64,000 bases of DNA from an uncultured Alphaproteobacteria bacterium (GCA_949288805.1 CASELL010000006.1:15035-79034); one strand, 5' to 3'; shown: positions 32,672-42,256, counted from the stretch's first letter. Program-made: numbers and translations. The notes: a model not told the origin generated them from the letters alone.

Positions 32672-33886
32672 TTATTTATTATTATTTAATATTCTTTCAC
32701 AATCTTTATCTCCCCTACCCGATAAAGTTATTACTATTATATCTTCCTTTGTTGTTTTATTAATAATTTTTGGCAAAACAGCTATTGCGTGAGCACTTTC
32801 TATTGCTGGAATAATTCCTTCTAATTTAGATAATAAATAAAAAGCCTCAATTGCCTCTTTATCATCTATAACAATAGCACTTATCCTATTAATGCTTTTT
32901 AAGTAAGCTAATTCTGGACCAACACCTGGGTAATCAAGCCCAGCAGATATACTATATGCTTCTGCAACATTGCCTTTATCATCTTTTAAAACATAACTCT
33001 TAAAGCCATGTAATATTTCTTTTTCTCCTTTTGTTAAAGTACAAGCAGTTTCTTTAGAATCTTTACCTTTACCACCCGCTTCTGCTCCTATAATGTTAAC
33101 CTCTTTGTCTCCAATAAAACTATAAAAAGTTCCAATTGAATTACTACCACCACCTATACAAGCAACTAGATAATTTGGTAATCTATTTTCTTTTTCTATT
33201 ATTTGTTCTTTTATTTCGTTACCTATGATTGATTGAAAGAATCTAACAATTTCAGGATACGGAGCTGGCCCAACTGCTGATCCTATTAAATAATAAATAT
33301 CTTCAACGTTGTTTGAATAAACTTTTAAGGCTTCATCTACTGCTTCTTTTAATGTTTTTGTTCCGTTTTCTACACTTATAACTTTTGCTCCTAAAAGTTC
33401 CATTTTTCTAACATTACTAATTTGTCTTTCTATATCAACTGCTCCCATGTATATTTCGCAAGGCATATTAAGTAAAGCACAAGCTGTTGCTGTTGCTACA
33501 CCGTGCTGCCCTGCTCCTGTTTCTGCTATTACTTTTTTCTTACCTATTTTTTTTGCTAAAAATATTTGTCCTAACGCATTGTTTATTTTATGTGCCCCTG
33601 TATGGTTTAAGTCTTCCCTTTTTAAATAGATTTTAGCTTTACCATAATATTCTGTCAGTCTTTTAGCAAAATATAAAGGTGTTTTTCTACCTACATAATC
33701 AACCATTAAAGAATATAATTCATTTAAAAAATTATCGTCATTTTGTAATTCTTTAAACTTAATATATATATTTTCTAGATCTTTTTTAATTATATCTGGA
33801 ACAAATTGACCACCAAATTCTCCAAACATACCGTTTTTATCAACAGAATATAAATAATTATTTTTATCAAAGTAATTTTTTTTCAT
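32672..33886 (-). CDS. trpB: Tryptophan synthase beta chain (TrpB1 type), no adjacent trpA
   Basis: LKREDLNHTGAHKINN, AETGAGQHG, GGGSN, SAGLDYPGVGP, SGRGDKD; ATG 33886 after AGGT. Confidence 0.96.
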   Translation of the reverse strand: MKKNYFDKNNYLYSVDKNGMFGEFGGQFVPDIIKKDLENIYIKFKELQNDDNFLNELYSLMVDYVGRKTPLYFAKRLTEYYGKAKIYLKREDLNHTGAHKINNALGQIFLAKKIGKKKVIAETGAGQHGVATATACALLNMPCEIYMGAVDIERQISNVRKMELLGAKVISVENGTKTLKEAVDEALKVYSNNVEDIYYLIGSAVGPAPYPEIVRFFQSIIGNEIKEQIIEKENRLPNYLVACIGGGSNSIGTFYSFIGDKEVNIIGAEAGGKGKDSKETACTLTKGEKEILHGFKSYVLKDDKGNVAEAYSISAGLDYPGVGPELAYLKSINRISAIVIDDKEAIEAFYLLSKLEGIIPAIESAHAIAVLPKIINKTTKEDIIVITLSGRGDKDCERILNNNK

Positions 33887-34029
33887 ATAAATACCTATTA
33901 TTAAATTAATAATAGCCATGTTTTGTAATAAAAACAATAATATGAAATAATATGAGATTATATTAAGATAATATCAACAATAAATATTACAAAACAAGGC
34001 ATAATAAAACATATTAATACTTGGTTGTA

Positions 34030-34077
34030 TTAACACCAACACCATAATTTAGTTAATATGTTTTTATGTAAGTTCAT
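34030..34077 (-). CDS. trpL: Putative Trp leader peptide MNLHKNILTKLWCWC
   Basis: 15-codon ORF ending TGG TGT TGG TGT TAA, between a promoter and trpB, embedded in inverted repeats. Confidence 0.72.
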   Translation of the reverse strand: MNLHKNILTKLWCWC

Positions 34078-34103
34078 AATATAAATTATTGATTTACTCA
34101 ATA

Positions 34104-34131
34104 ATTGTATAATAAAAAAATTAAATTACAA
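34104..34131 (-). promoter_or_regulatory. Putative promoter of the trpL-trpB transcript
   Basis: Minus strand TTGTAA-16 nt-TACAAT. Confidence 0.5.
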
Positions 34132-34202
34132 GTGAAATTATAGCTCTTGATTTTAAATAAATTAATTTATATAATTGTTGTGTTAAAATATTATTTTAAG
34201 TT

Positions 34203-34955
34203 ATGTTTTTAATTTTTGAAACTGGTAATACTAGCACTACAATAGTTGTTAGAGATGATAAAGAAACAAAATTTTTTTATAAAGTTCTTGATACACAAAT
34301 TAGTAATGATAATGATTTTGATAGTGTAATCAATAATTTATTATCAATTAATAATATTGATATTAAGGATATTAAAAAAGTTTTAATATCATCAGTTGTT
34401 AGAAGAGCTAAAGAAATGGAAATTAATTTTTGTAAAAAAAACAATTTAGAATTTTTTGATATATCAGATGATAATATAAAACTAAATTTTACAAAAAGAA
34501 AGGGCATGGGAGCTGATCTTATAGCTGATACATTTAATGCTATAGATTTATATAAACAAGATGTAATTGTTATTGATATGGGAACTGCTACAACTTTTAC
34601 AACTGTAGAAAAGGATCTAGTAGGAGCAACATTTATTGCTGGTTTTAAAACTATTTTAGACGCTTTATCTAATAATTGTGATTTATTACCTAATTTTGAA
34701 TTTAAAGAACCTACAAGTGTGTTAGGCAATACAACAATTGATGCTATGAATGCTGGTGTTTATTTTGGTTATATTGGTATTATTAATAATATAATAAAAA
34801 GAATAGAGAAAGAATTAAATAAAAAAATGAAAATTGTTTTAACTGGTGGTTATTCTAAATTAATAGTAGGCAAGTTAGATTTTGATGTTAAATATATACA
34901 AGATTTAACTGTTGAAGGTATCTATAAAATATATAAATATAATAATGAAGTTTGA
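34203..34955 (+). CDS. coaX: Type III pantothenate kinase
   Basis: ETGNT, ISSVV, GAD, IDMGTATT, NTTIDAMNAG, LTGG, LTVEG. Confidence 0.85.
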   Translation: MFLIFETGNTSTTIVVRDDKETKFFYKVLDTQISNDNDFDSVINNLLSINNIDIKDIKKVLISSVVRRAKEMEINFCKKNNLEFFDISDDNIKLNFTKRKGMGADLIADTFNAIDLYKQDVIVIDMGTATTFTTVEKDLVGATFIAGFKTILDALSNNCDLLPNFEFKEPTSVLGNTTIDAMNAGVYFGYIGIINNIIKRIEKELNKKMKIVLTGGYSKLIVGKLDFDVKYIQDLTVEGIYKIYKYNNEV

Positions 34956-36195
34956 ATTTTTAGTTGCTTTTAGATATTTAAAATCGAAAAGAAGAGAAAA
35001 GTTTATATCTATAACTGCTATTTTTTCTTTTATAGGTATAATGTTAGGTGTAGCAACATTAATTGTTGTTATGTCTGTAATGAATGGTTTTAGGGAGGAA
35101 TTTGTTAGTAAGATAATAGGTTTAAATTCGCATATTACTATTTTTCCAGAAGATTATAGTAGAAGCCAATATGTTGATATAATTGATTCGATAAAAAGTG
35201 TTGACAATGTTAATTTTATCAATCCAATTGTAGAAAAACAAGTAATGTTTATAGGAAACGACAACACATCTTTAGGTGGACTTGTTAGAGGAATAAATAT
35301 TGAAGATTTAAAAAACAAAAAAGATATTTATAATAGCATAGAAGAAAAGGAATTAAAAGATTTTAATAATTCTTCTTTAATTATAATTGGTAATCAATTA
35401 GCTTTAACTTTAAAGCTCAATATTGGTGATACTGTAAAAGTTATTGCTCCAGAATTTAATAATACTATAATAGGTTCTGTTCCAAGAATTAAAACATATA
35501 CTGTTGGTGCTATTTTTTCTAGTGGAATGTATGAATATGATTCTATGATAGCTTTTATACCTCTATATTTTGCACAAAAACAATTTAATCTTAATAATTC
35601 TATAACTGGCATAGAAATTTTTTTAAAAAATCCAAATATAGCTCAACAATCATTAAGTCAAATTAGCAATATTTTAGATAAAAACGACATTAGCTTTTCA
35701 ATTATTGATTGGAAAGGAGCTAATTCTAGCTTAATATCTGCTTTAAATATCGAAAGGAATGTTATGTTTTTAATATTAACTTTAATAATTATTATAGCTG
35801 CATTTAATATAATATCTAGTTTAATAATGTTAGTTATGGACAAAAATAAACAAATAGCTGTTTTAAAAACAATAGGGGCTAGTAGTAATAGTATAATGTC
35901 TATATTTATTATATGTGGAACTTTTATAGGTATTATTGGAACAACATTGGGAGCTATTATTGGTGTTTTATTTGCTAATAATATAGAGAATATAAGAATA
36001 TTTTTAGAAAAAACTTTTAATTTAGATCTTTTTAATCCAACAATATATTTTTTATCTCAGTTGCCATCAAAAGTTTATTTATCCAATGTTATTTTGATTA
36101 TTTCTTTATCAGTTATTTTATCTTTTCTTGCTACAATTTACCCAGCTTATAAAGCAAGCAAAACAGATCCTGTTGAAATATTAAGATATGAATAA
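34945..36195 (+). CDS. lolE: Lipoprotein-releasing ABC permease LolC/E
   Basis: GIMLGVATLIVVMSVMNGF, ERNVMFLIL, IAVLKTIGA, ATIYPA...DPVEILRYE. Confidence 0.92.
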   Translation: MKFEFLVAFRYLKSKRREKFISITAIFSFIGIMLGVATLIVVMSVMNGFREEFVSKIIGLNSHITIFPEDYSRSQYVDIIDSIKSVDNVNFINPIVEKQVMFIGNDNTSLGGLVRGINIEDLKNKKDIYNSIEEKELKDFNNSSLIIIGNQLALTLKLNIGDTVKVIAPEFNNTIIGSVPRIKTYTVGAIFSSGMYEYDSMIAFIPLYFAQKQFNLNNSITGIEIFLKNPNIAQQSLSQISNILDKNDISFSIIDWKGANSSLISALNIERNVMFLILTLIIIIAAFNIISSLIMLVMDKNKQIAVLKTIGASSNSIMSIFIICGTFIGIIGTTLGAIIGVLFANNIENIRIFLEKTFNLDLFNPTIYFLSQLPSKVYLSNVILIISLSVILSFLATIYPAYKASKTDPVEILRYE

Positions 36196-36784
36196 TATGT
36201 TTGATAAAGAGATTAAAAAGGTATATTCTAATACAGAGATTGAATATGGTGTTGTTATTGGAAATAACAATGTTCTTTTTATAAAAGCGGGCCAAAATGG
36301 TTCTAAATATGGTTATAATAATAAATATTTACAAATAGCTAGTAGAATAAACAAAAAATATGGTTATAGTGTTGTATGTTCTTCAAATCCATTTAATGGA
36401 ACAAATCCATTAGATGTAGATTTAACTGTTATAAAAGAATTAATTCCATATGAAATAGAAAAAATATACTATATGGGACACTCTAATGGCGCTCTTATAG
36501 GAGCTAGATGGGGCGGAGAATATTCTTTAATTAAAAGAATGTTGTTAGTTAATCCACCATTTTTTAATTGGCATAAAACAGAAGCTGGGCTTTCAAAGTT
36601 TTGTGGTGAAAAAGCAATATTTGTTTTTGGTGAAAAAGATCCATCTTTTTCTAGTGTTTGTTTTATTAATTTTGAACAACAAGACAATCTATCTTTAATT
36701 ACATATATTGGAGCAGATCATAATTTTACCAATAAACTAGAAGATTTTATTGAATTGCCTGAAAGGTATTTGTTTGATAAATAA
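36188..36784 (+). CDS. Alpha/beta hydrolase
   Basis: MGHSNGA nucleophile elbow, GEKD, GADHNF. Confidence 0.8.
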   Translation: MNNMFDKEIKKVYSNTEIEYGVVIGNNNVLFIKAGQNGSKYGYNNKYLQIASRINKKYGYSVVCSSNPFNGTNPLDVDLTVIKELIPYEIEKIYYMGHSNGALIGARWGGEYSLIKRMLLVNPPFFNWHKTEAGLSKFCGEKAIFVFGEKDPSFSSVCFINFEQQDNLSLITYIGADHNFTNKLEDFIELPERYLFDK

Positions 36785-36797
36785 TTTATTGATTATT

Positions 36798-36873
36798 TGG
36801 TGGGCTCGGGGGGATTCGAACCCCCGACCAATTGATTAAGAGTCAAGTGCTCTACCAGCTGAGCTACGAGCCC
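36798..36873 (-). tRNA. tRNA-Lys(CTT)
   Basis: TTGA-CTCTTAA-TCAA anticodon arm, CCA end. Confidence 0.95.
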
Positions 36874-37076
36874 ATACGATTTTATTTTATAATATTTATT
36901 TTTAAAATCAAGCAAAATGTATTAGCAATACTACAATATTCAATAAAGTAAGAATAATACATAGTTTTTTGCCAATATCGATAAATTATCAACATATAAA
37001 CGCTTTAAAGTTTTATAAATGTTTCGTTTGATTAATTAAATATTGATTTTTTAAAAAAAATATTCTATAACTAATT

Positions 37077-37547
37077 ATGTTTTTACTAATAATAATGGAA
37101 AAATATATGACAAACAGAGATGTTTCTCTTCTTGCTTTTAGAATATTTAATATAGAAGAAATGAGAATTTTTTCTGAAGATACTATGGTATTTAATGAAG
37201 AAACTGGAAAATTTTTAAATTTAAAAGAATATATTTATGAAGGAGTTAGAAACAACAAGTTTAAATCAATACGAGGCCTATTGAACGAGATATTTAAATA
37301 TATTCCAGAAGAATCCGTTTCTTTTGAAGACGGTCAATGTTTTAATCCTCGAGACATTTGCTGTGATGAGGCAAATAAAATTATACAAGAAAGAAACCGC
37401 CGAATGCAAGCAATGTATGTAAGAGGTGTTATTGCGTTAGAAGACTTAAATTTGCTTAGTTTGGAACAAAACCAACAACAGGGTCAAACAGTTATTCCTC
37501 CAAGACCTAATGCTCCAAGTGTTGCTCCACTTCCTGTTTGGTGGTAG
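37077..37547 (+). CDS. Orphan hypothetical protein
   Basis: Open 156-aa frame (start possibly 37107), Gln/Pro-rich tail, followed by a hairpin. Confidence 0.55.
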   Translation: MFLLIIMEKYMTNRDVSLLAFRIFNIEEMRIFSEDTMVFNEETGKFLNLKEYIYEGVRNNKFKSIRGLLNEIFKYIPEESVSFEDGQCFNPRDICCDEANKIIQERNRRMQAMYVRGVIALEDLNLLSLEQNQQQGQTVIPPRPNAPSVAPLPVWW

Positions 37548-37590
37548 TTTTTATGTAAAATATATTTATGTTTTATAAAATATTTTTGAT

Positions 37591-37623
37591 TAAGTTATCA
37601 ATATGGTCAATATTGATAACTTA
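37591..37623 (+). terminator. 14-bp-stem hairpin after the orphan gene
   Basis: TAAGTTATCAATAT-GGTCA-ATATTGATAACTTA. Confidence 0.55.
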
Positions 37624-37653
37624 TTTATTGTGAATAATATCATTAATTTTTTG

Positions 37654-37681
37654 TTGACTTAAAAAAATATTGTTTTATAAT
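37654..37681 (+). promoter_or_regulatory. S10 operon promoter
   Basis: TTGACT-16 nt-TATAAT. Confidence 0.7.
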
Positions 37682-37782
37682 TATGCTGTCTTAATAGTGA
37701 TGTTCATTTAATTGAACCTCTCATTTCGATGTTTTATGTAGGTTTTTCCTATGTTTTATAAATATTATATTAAGAAGAAACA

Positions 37783-38091
37783 ATGAAAGAAAAAGAAGGA
37801 ATTAGAATTGTTTTGAAAGCATTTGATACAAACATATTAAATCAAGCAGTTCAAGAAATAGTTGGAACAGTTAAAAGAACTGGGGCTACTGTTGTTGGTC
37901 CTATTCCTCTTCCTACTAATACAAAAAAATTCACTGTTATTAAATCTCCACATATTTATAAGAGAAGTATGGAACAATATGAAATTAGATCTTTAAAAAG
38001 ATTACTAATAATTATTCCTACTCCACAAACAGTTGAAGCTTTAATGAAATTAAACTTATCAGCTGGTGTAAATATAAAAATTTCGAGGTAA
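37783..38091 (+). CDS. rpsJ: 30S protein uS10
   Basis: [22 protein letters not shown]. Confidence 0.97.
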   Translation: MKEKEGIRIVLKAFDTNILNQAVQEIVGTVKRTGATVVGPIPLPTNTKKFTVIKSPHIYKRSMEQYEIRSLKRLLIIIPTPQTVEALMKLNLSAGVNIKISR

Positions 38092-38097
38092 TGAATA

Positions 38098-38727
38098 ATG
38101 GTTGCTATAGTTGGAAAAAAGTTAGGCATGAGTAGATTGTACCTAGATAATGGTTCGGTTGTGCCTGTGACTTTAATTAAAATATATGATAGTTTGGTTA
38201 GTAATTTTAAGAATTACGAAGATAAAGACTTTAATCATATTTCTTTATCATATGGTAAAGATAAAAAAACAGAAAAAAAAATTAATAAATCTGTTTTAGG
38301 TTTTTATAAAAAGAATAATTTAGAACCTTACAATAATATAAAAACCTTTAAAGTGAATAAAGAAGAAATATTCAACATAGGAGATATTTTAGATTATACT
38401 CAGTTTAAAGAAGGTGATGTTGTAAGTGTTACCGGTATTTCAAAAGGTAAAGGATATGCCGGTGTTATGAAAAGACATAATTTTGCTGGTTTAGAAGCAG
38501 CACATGGTGTTTCAATTTCACACAGATCTCTTGGTAGTACTGGTAATAGAAGAAGAGAAGGAAAGGTAAAAAAAGGTAAAAAAATGGCTGGACATATGGG
38601 ATCAGATAAAGTTACAGTGAAAAATTTACAAGTAGTTAAAATAGAGTCAGAAGACGGTGTAATTTGTGTTAAAGGTGCAGTTCCTGGTTCTAAAGGTTCC
38701 GATCTTGTTATTAAGGTTTTAAATTAA
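38098..38727 (+). CDS. rplC: 50S protein uL3
   Basis: GKKLGM, SKGKG, KKMAGHMG, KGAVPG. Confidence 0.97.
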   Translation: MVAIVGKKLGMSRLYLDNGSVVPVTLIKIYDSLVSNFKNYEDKDFNHISLSYGKDKKTEKKINKSVLGFYKKNNLEPYNNIKTFKVNKEEIFNIGDILDYTQFKEGDVVSVTGISKGKGYAGVMKRHNFAGLEAAHGVSISHRSLGSTGNRRREGKVKKGKKMAGHMGSDKVTVKNLQVVKIESEDGVICVKGAVPGSKGSDLVIKVLN

Positions 38728-38738
38728 GAGGTTAGATT

Positions 38739-39356
38739 ATGGAATTGTTAGTTTTAAATTTAGATAATTTTAAAGAATCTTCTGAAAAAATAGAGGGTAT
38801 TGACCTTGAAAATATAGAAGGTGAAAAATGTGTGCCTTATGTTATTAAATGGCAATTAGCTAAAGATAGATTGGGAACTGCTAAAACTAAATTGATGTCT
38901 GAAGTATCTGGTTCTACCAAAAAAATCGTTAGACAAAAAGGTTCTGGTGGAGCTAGACATGGTTCTAAAAGAGCTGTACAATTTGTTGGTGGTAGAACTG
39001 CTTTTGGACCACAACAAAGAGATTATAGTTTTTCAATTCCTAGAAAAATTGTTAAAAAAGCATTGAGTTATGCTTTAAGAACAAAAGCTAAAGAAGGAAA
39101 ACTTATTTTAATTGAAGGTATGGAAGGCTTAGAGTTGAGTACTAATAAATTAAGCAAAAAACTACAAGAAAAAAATATTAATAGAGCATTGGTTGCTTAT
39201 AATGTTGAAGATTATAAAAACTTTACATTATCTTTAAGAAACTTATTTAACTATAAAAGTTTAATAGTTGATGCTTTAAATGTTTATGATATTCTTAATT
39301 TTGATTATTTATTAGTTGACAAAAAGTCATTAAATAAATTAAAAGAGGTATTATAA
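38739..39356 (+). CDS. rplD: 50S protein uL4
   Basis: RQKGSGGARHGS, LNVYDIL. Confidence 0.96.
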   Translation: MELLVLNLDNFKESSEKIEGIDLENIEGEKCVPYVIKWQLAKDRLGTAKTKLMSEVSGSTKKIVRQKGSGGARHGSKRAVQFVGGRTAFGPQQRDYSFSIPRKIVKKALSYALRTKAKEGKLILIEGMEGLELSTNKLSKKLQEKNINRALVAYNVEDYKNFTLSLRNLFNYKSLIVDALNVYDILNFDYLLVDKKSLNKLKEVL

Positions 39357-39652
39357 TGTTAGGTTATATATATGATATCATACTTTCGCCAGTAGTAACT
39401 GAAAAAACTAATAATCAGTTGGGTAATAATAAGTATTCTTTTAATGTTTTAGATTCAGCAAGTAAAGAGGATATTAAAAATTCAATAGAGACTATTTTTG
39501 ATGTTAATGTTGAAAAAATTAATATAATCAATACAGAGGGAAAAGTTAAGAGATTTAAAGGTACTATTGGTAAAAGAAGTTCTGTTAAAAAAGCTGTTGT
39601 TACTTTGAAAAAAGGACAAGAGATTAATTTTACTAAATTAGAGGATAAATAG
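39356..39652 (+). CDS. rplW: 50S protein uL23
   Basis: PVVTEK, KKAVVTL. Confidence 0.96.
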   Translation: MLGYIYDIILSPVVTEKTNNQLGNNKYSFNVLDSASKEDIKNSIETIFDVNVEKINIINTEGKVKRFKGTIGKRSSVKKAVVTLKKGQEINFTKLEDK

Positions 39653-39653
39653 T

Positions 39654-40478
39654 ATGGTTATGAAAAATTATAAACCGATAAATTCTTCTAGTAGAGGATT
39701 AAAATTGGTTAGTAAAGAAAATCTATGGAAGGGTGGACCATTAAAGATTTTAACTGTTTCTACTAAAAGTAAAGCTGGCAGAAATAATTATGGTCAAATA
39801 ACAGTTAGAAGAAGAGGTGGTGGTCATAAGAAAGCTTATAGGCTGATAGATTTTAAAAGAAATAAATTTGATATTTCTGCTGTAGTTGAAAGAATAGAAT
39901 ACGATCCCAATAGAACCGCTTTTATAGCATTAATTAAATATGATGACGGTATTTATTCTTATATTATAGCTCCAGATAATTTAAAAGTTGGTGATAAAGT
40001 TATATCTTCTAAAAAATTAGTTGATATTAAGCCAGGTAATGCTATGCCATTATCTGTTATGCCGATTGGTACTACTATACACAATATAGAAAGCAAACCT
40101 GGAGCTGGTGCTAGAGTTGCTAGAAGTGCCGGACTTTTTGCTCAATTAGCAGGTAAAGATGATGGTTATGCGATAGTTAGATTACAATCTGGTGAAACTA
40201 GAATGTTTTTATTAGATTGTTTAGCAACGGTTGGAACTGTTAGTAACCCAGATAAAAAGAATGAAAAATTAGGAAAAGCAGGAAGAAATAGATGGTTAGG
40301 TGTTAGACCTAGTGTTAGAGGTGAGTCTATGAACCCTGTTGATCACCCTCATGGTGGTAGAACTAGAGGTGGTAGAATACCTGTTTCTCCTACTGGTGTA
40401 TGTGCTAGAGGTGGAAGAACTCGATTAAAGAGTAAACCATCTAATAGATTTATTGTTAAAAGTCGCCATAAAAAATAA
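39654..40478 (+). CDS. rplB: 50S protein uL2
   Basis: [25 protein letters not shown]. Confidence 0.97.
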   Translation: MVMKNYKPINSSSRGLKLVSKENLWKGGPLKILTVSTKSKAGRNNYGQITVRRRGGGHKKAYRLIDFKRNKFDISAVVERIEYDPNRTAFIALIKYDDGIYSYIIAPDNLKVGDKVISSKKLVDIKPGNAMPLSVMPIGTTIHNIESKPGAGARVARSAGLFAQLAGKDDGYAIVRLQSGETRMFLLDCLATVGTVSNPDKKNEKLGKAGRNRWLGVRPSVRGESMNPVDHPHGGRTRGGRIPVSPTGVCARGGRTRLKSKPSNRFIVKSRHKK

Positions 40479-40489
40479 GAGGTAGAAAT

Positions 40490-40768
40490 ATGACAAGATC
40501 AGCTTGGAAAATTCCATTTGTAGATGGTTATTTAATTAAAAAAGCAAAAACAGCTAGTGAAGATCCTAAAAAACCAATAATTAAGACTTGGTCAAGAAGA
40601 TCTACTATTTTGCCACAATTTGTTGGTTTAACTTTTGCTGTTTACAATGGTAAAAAATTCGTGTCTGTATTAGTTAGTGAAGATATGATTGGACATAAAT
40701 TTGGTGAGTTTGCTCCAACAAGAACTTTTCATGGACACGCTGGTAATAAAAAAGTAGAAAAAAAATAG
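40490..40768 (+). CDS. rpsS: 30S protein uS19
   Basis: [22 protein letters not shown]. Confidence 0.97.
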   Translation: MTRSAWKIPFVDGYLIKKAKTASEDPKKPIIKTWSRRSTILPQFVGLTFAVYNGKKFVSVLVSEDMIGHKFGEFAPTRTFHGHAGNKKVEKK

Positions 40769-40775
40769 GTAGAAT

Positions 40776-41129
40776 ATGAGTGAAAAAAAATTTGCACAAG
40801 CTTATTTAAGAAACCTAAAAACTAGTCCTATTAAATTAATGAAAATTACTAGGGCTATACATGGCATGCCTGTTAATAAAGCTATGACTCAATTAGCTTT
40901 TTGTAATTTAAAATCGGCAAAACCCATAAAAGATTTATTAAAATCTGCTATGATGAATGCTGAAAACAATCATGGTATGGATATTGATAAACTATTTATT
41001 TATAGAATAGATACTGGTAAATCTTTCGTTATGAAAAGGTTTCATGCCAGAGCAAGAGGTAGAGGAAATAGAATTAACAAACCCTTTTGTCATGTTAGAA
41101 TAGTTTTAACAGAAATGGAGGACAAATAG
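40776..41129 (+). CDS. rplV: 50S protein uL22
   Basis: NAENNH, RARGR, operon order. Confidence 0.96.
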   Translation: MSEKKFAQAYLRNLKTSPIKLMKITRAIHGMPVNKAMTQLAFCNLKSAKPIKDLLKSAMMNAENNHGMDIDKLFIYRIDTGKSFVMKRFHARARGRGNRINKPFCHVRIVLTEMEDK

Positions 41130-41130
41130 T

Positions 41131-41748
41131 ATGGGACAGAAAGTAAATCCAGTAGGTTTTAGAATAAATGTTAATAACAATTGGTCATCAATTTGGTATG
41201 ATGATAGAAATTATAGAGACAATTTGATTAAGGATCTTCAAATACAAAACTATATTGAAAAGAACTTTAAGAATTTTTCTATTTCTAGAGTTGTTATTGA
41301 AAGAACAGGTGAACATCTAGTTGTGTTGATTAAAACATCTAAACCCGGTGTTTTAATCGGTAAAAAAGGTGCCGATATAGAAAAAATTAAAAAGTACATT
41401 CAAAAAAATATGAATGAAAAAGATGTTTCTATTAAAATTATAGAAGTTGAAAAACCAGATTTAGATGCAGAATTGGTTGGTCAATCAATTGCTAGACAAA
41501 TAGAAAACAGAGCGGCATTCAAGAGAGTTGTTAAAAAAGCAATTCAAAATGTTATTAAATATGGTGCATTAGGTGTGAAAATTACTGTTTCTGGTAGGTT
41601 AAATGGTGTTGATATAGCTAGATCAGAAACATATAAAGAAGGATCTATTCCTCTACACACTATAAAAGCTAATGTTGACTATGCTCATGTTGAGGCTTTA
41701 TGTACTTATGGTATTATTGGTATTAAAGTTTGGATTTACAAAAAATAG
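41131..41748 (+). CDS. rpsC: 30S protein uS3
   Basis: MGQKVNP, KPGVLIGKKG, SGRLNG, IGIKVWI. Confidence 0.97.
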   Translation: MGQKVNPVGFRINVNNNWSSIWYDDRNYRDNLIKDLQIQNYIEKNFKNFSISRVVIERTGEHLVVLIKTSKPGVLIGKKGADIEKIKKYIQKNMNEKDVSIKIIEVEKPDLDAELVGQSIARQIENRAAFKRVVKKAIQNVIKYGALGVKITVSGRLNGVDIARSETYKEGSIPLHTIKANVDYAHVEALCTYGIIGIKVWIYKK

Positions 41749-41828
41749 TCAAAATAATTATTGACTTTAATTTTAAAAAATCTAATACTTATAATACATT
41801 TTGTTAATTTTAAAAAGTAGTAAAAGAG

Positions 41829-42242
41829 ATGTTATTACCAAATAAAACAAAATATAGAAATTTTCAGAAAGGTGGAAAGAGAATACGCGGTGTTGCTAAT
41901 TCTGGTTCAACTATAACTTTTGGTACTTTTGCTTTAAAGTCATTAGATGCTGGAAGATTAAAATCAAACCAGATAGAAGCTGCAAGACGATGTATAACTA
42001 GAACCATGAAAAGAACTGGTAAAATGTGGATAAGAGTTTTCCCACATATTCCAGTTACAAGTAAGGCTTTAGGTGTGAGAATGGGTGGTGGTAAAGGTTC
42101 AGTAGATTACTGGATGTGCCAAGTTAGACCTGGATTAATATTATTCGAGGTTGACGGAGTGACTGATGATATAGCTATTGAAGCTTTAAGAAAAGCCGCT
42201 ACTAAATTGCCATTTGAAACAAAAGTTGTTAAACTTATTTAA
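41829..42242 (+). CDS. rplP: 50S protein uL16
   Basis: QIEAARR, WIRVFP, RMGGGKG. Confidence 0.97.
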   Translation: MLLPNKTKYRNFQKGGKRIRGVANSGSTITFGTFALKSLDAGRLKSNQIEAARRCITRTMKRTGKMWIRVFPHIPVTSKALGVRMGGGKGSVDYWMCQVRPGLILFEVDGVTDDIAIEALRKAATKLPFETKVVKLI

Positions 42243-42256
42243 AGAAAGGTAGAAAA

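Noticed and set aside
36874-37076. Possible small ORF or ncRNA upstream of tRNA-Lys
   Set aside because: The minus-strand frame runs into the tRNA and its promoter, and no convincing structure is present.
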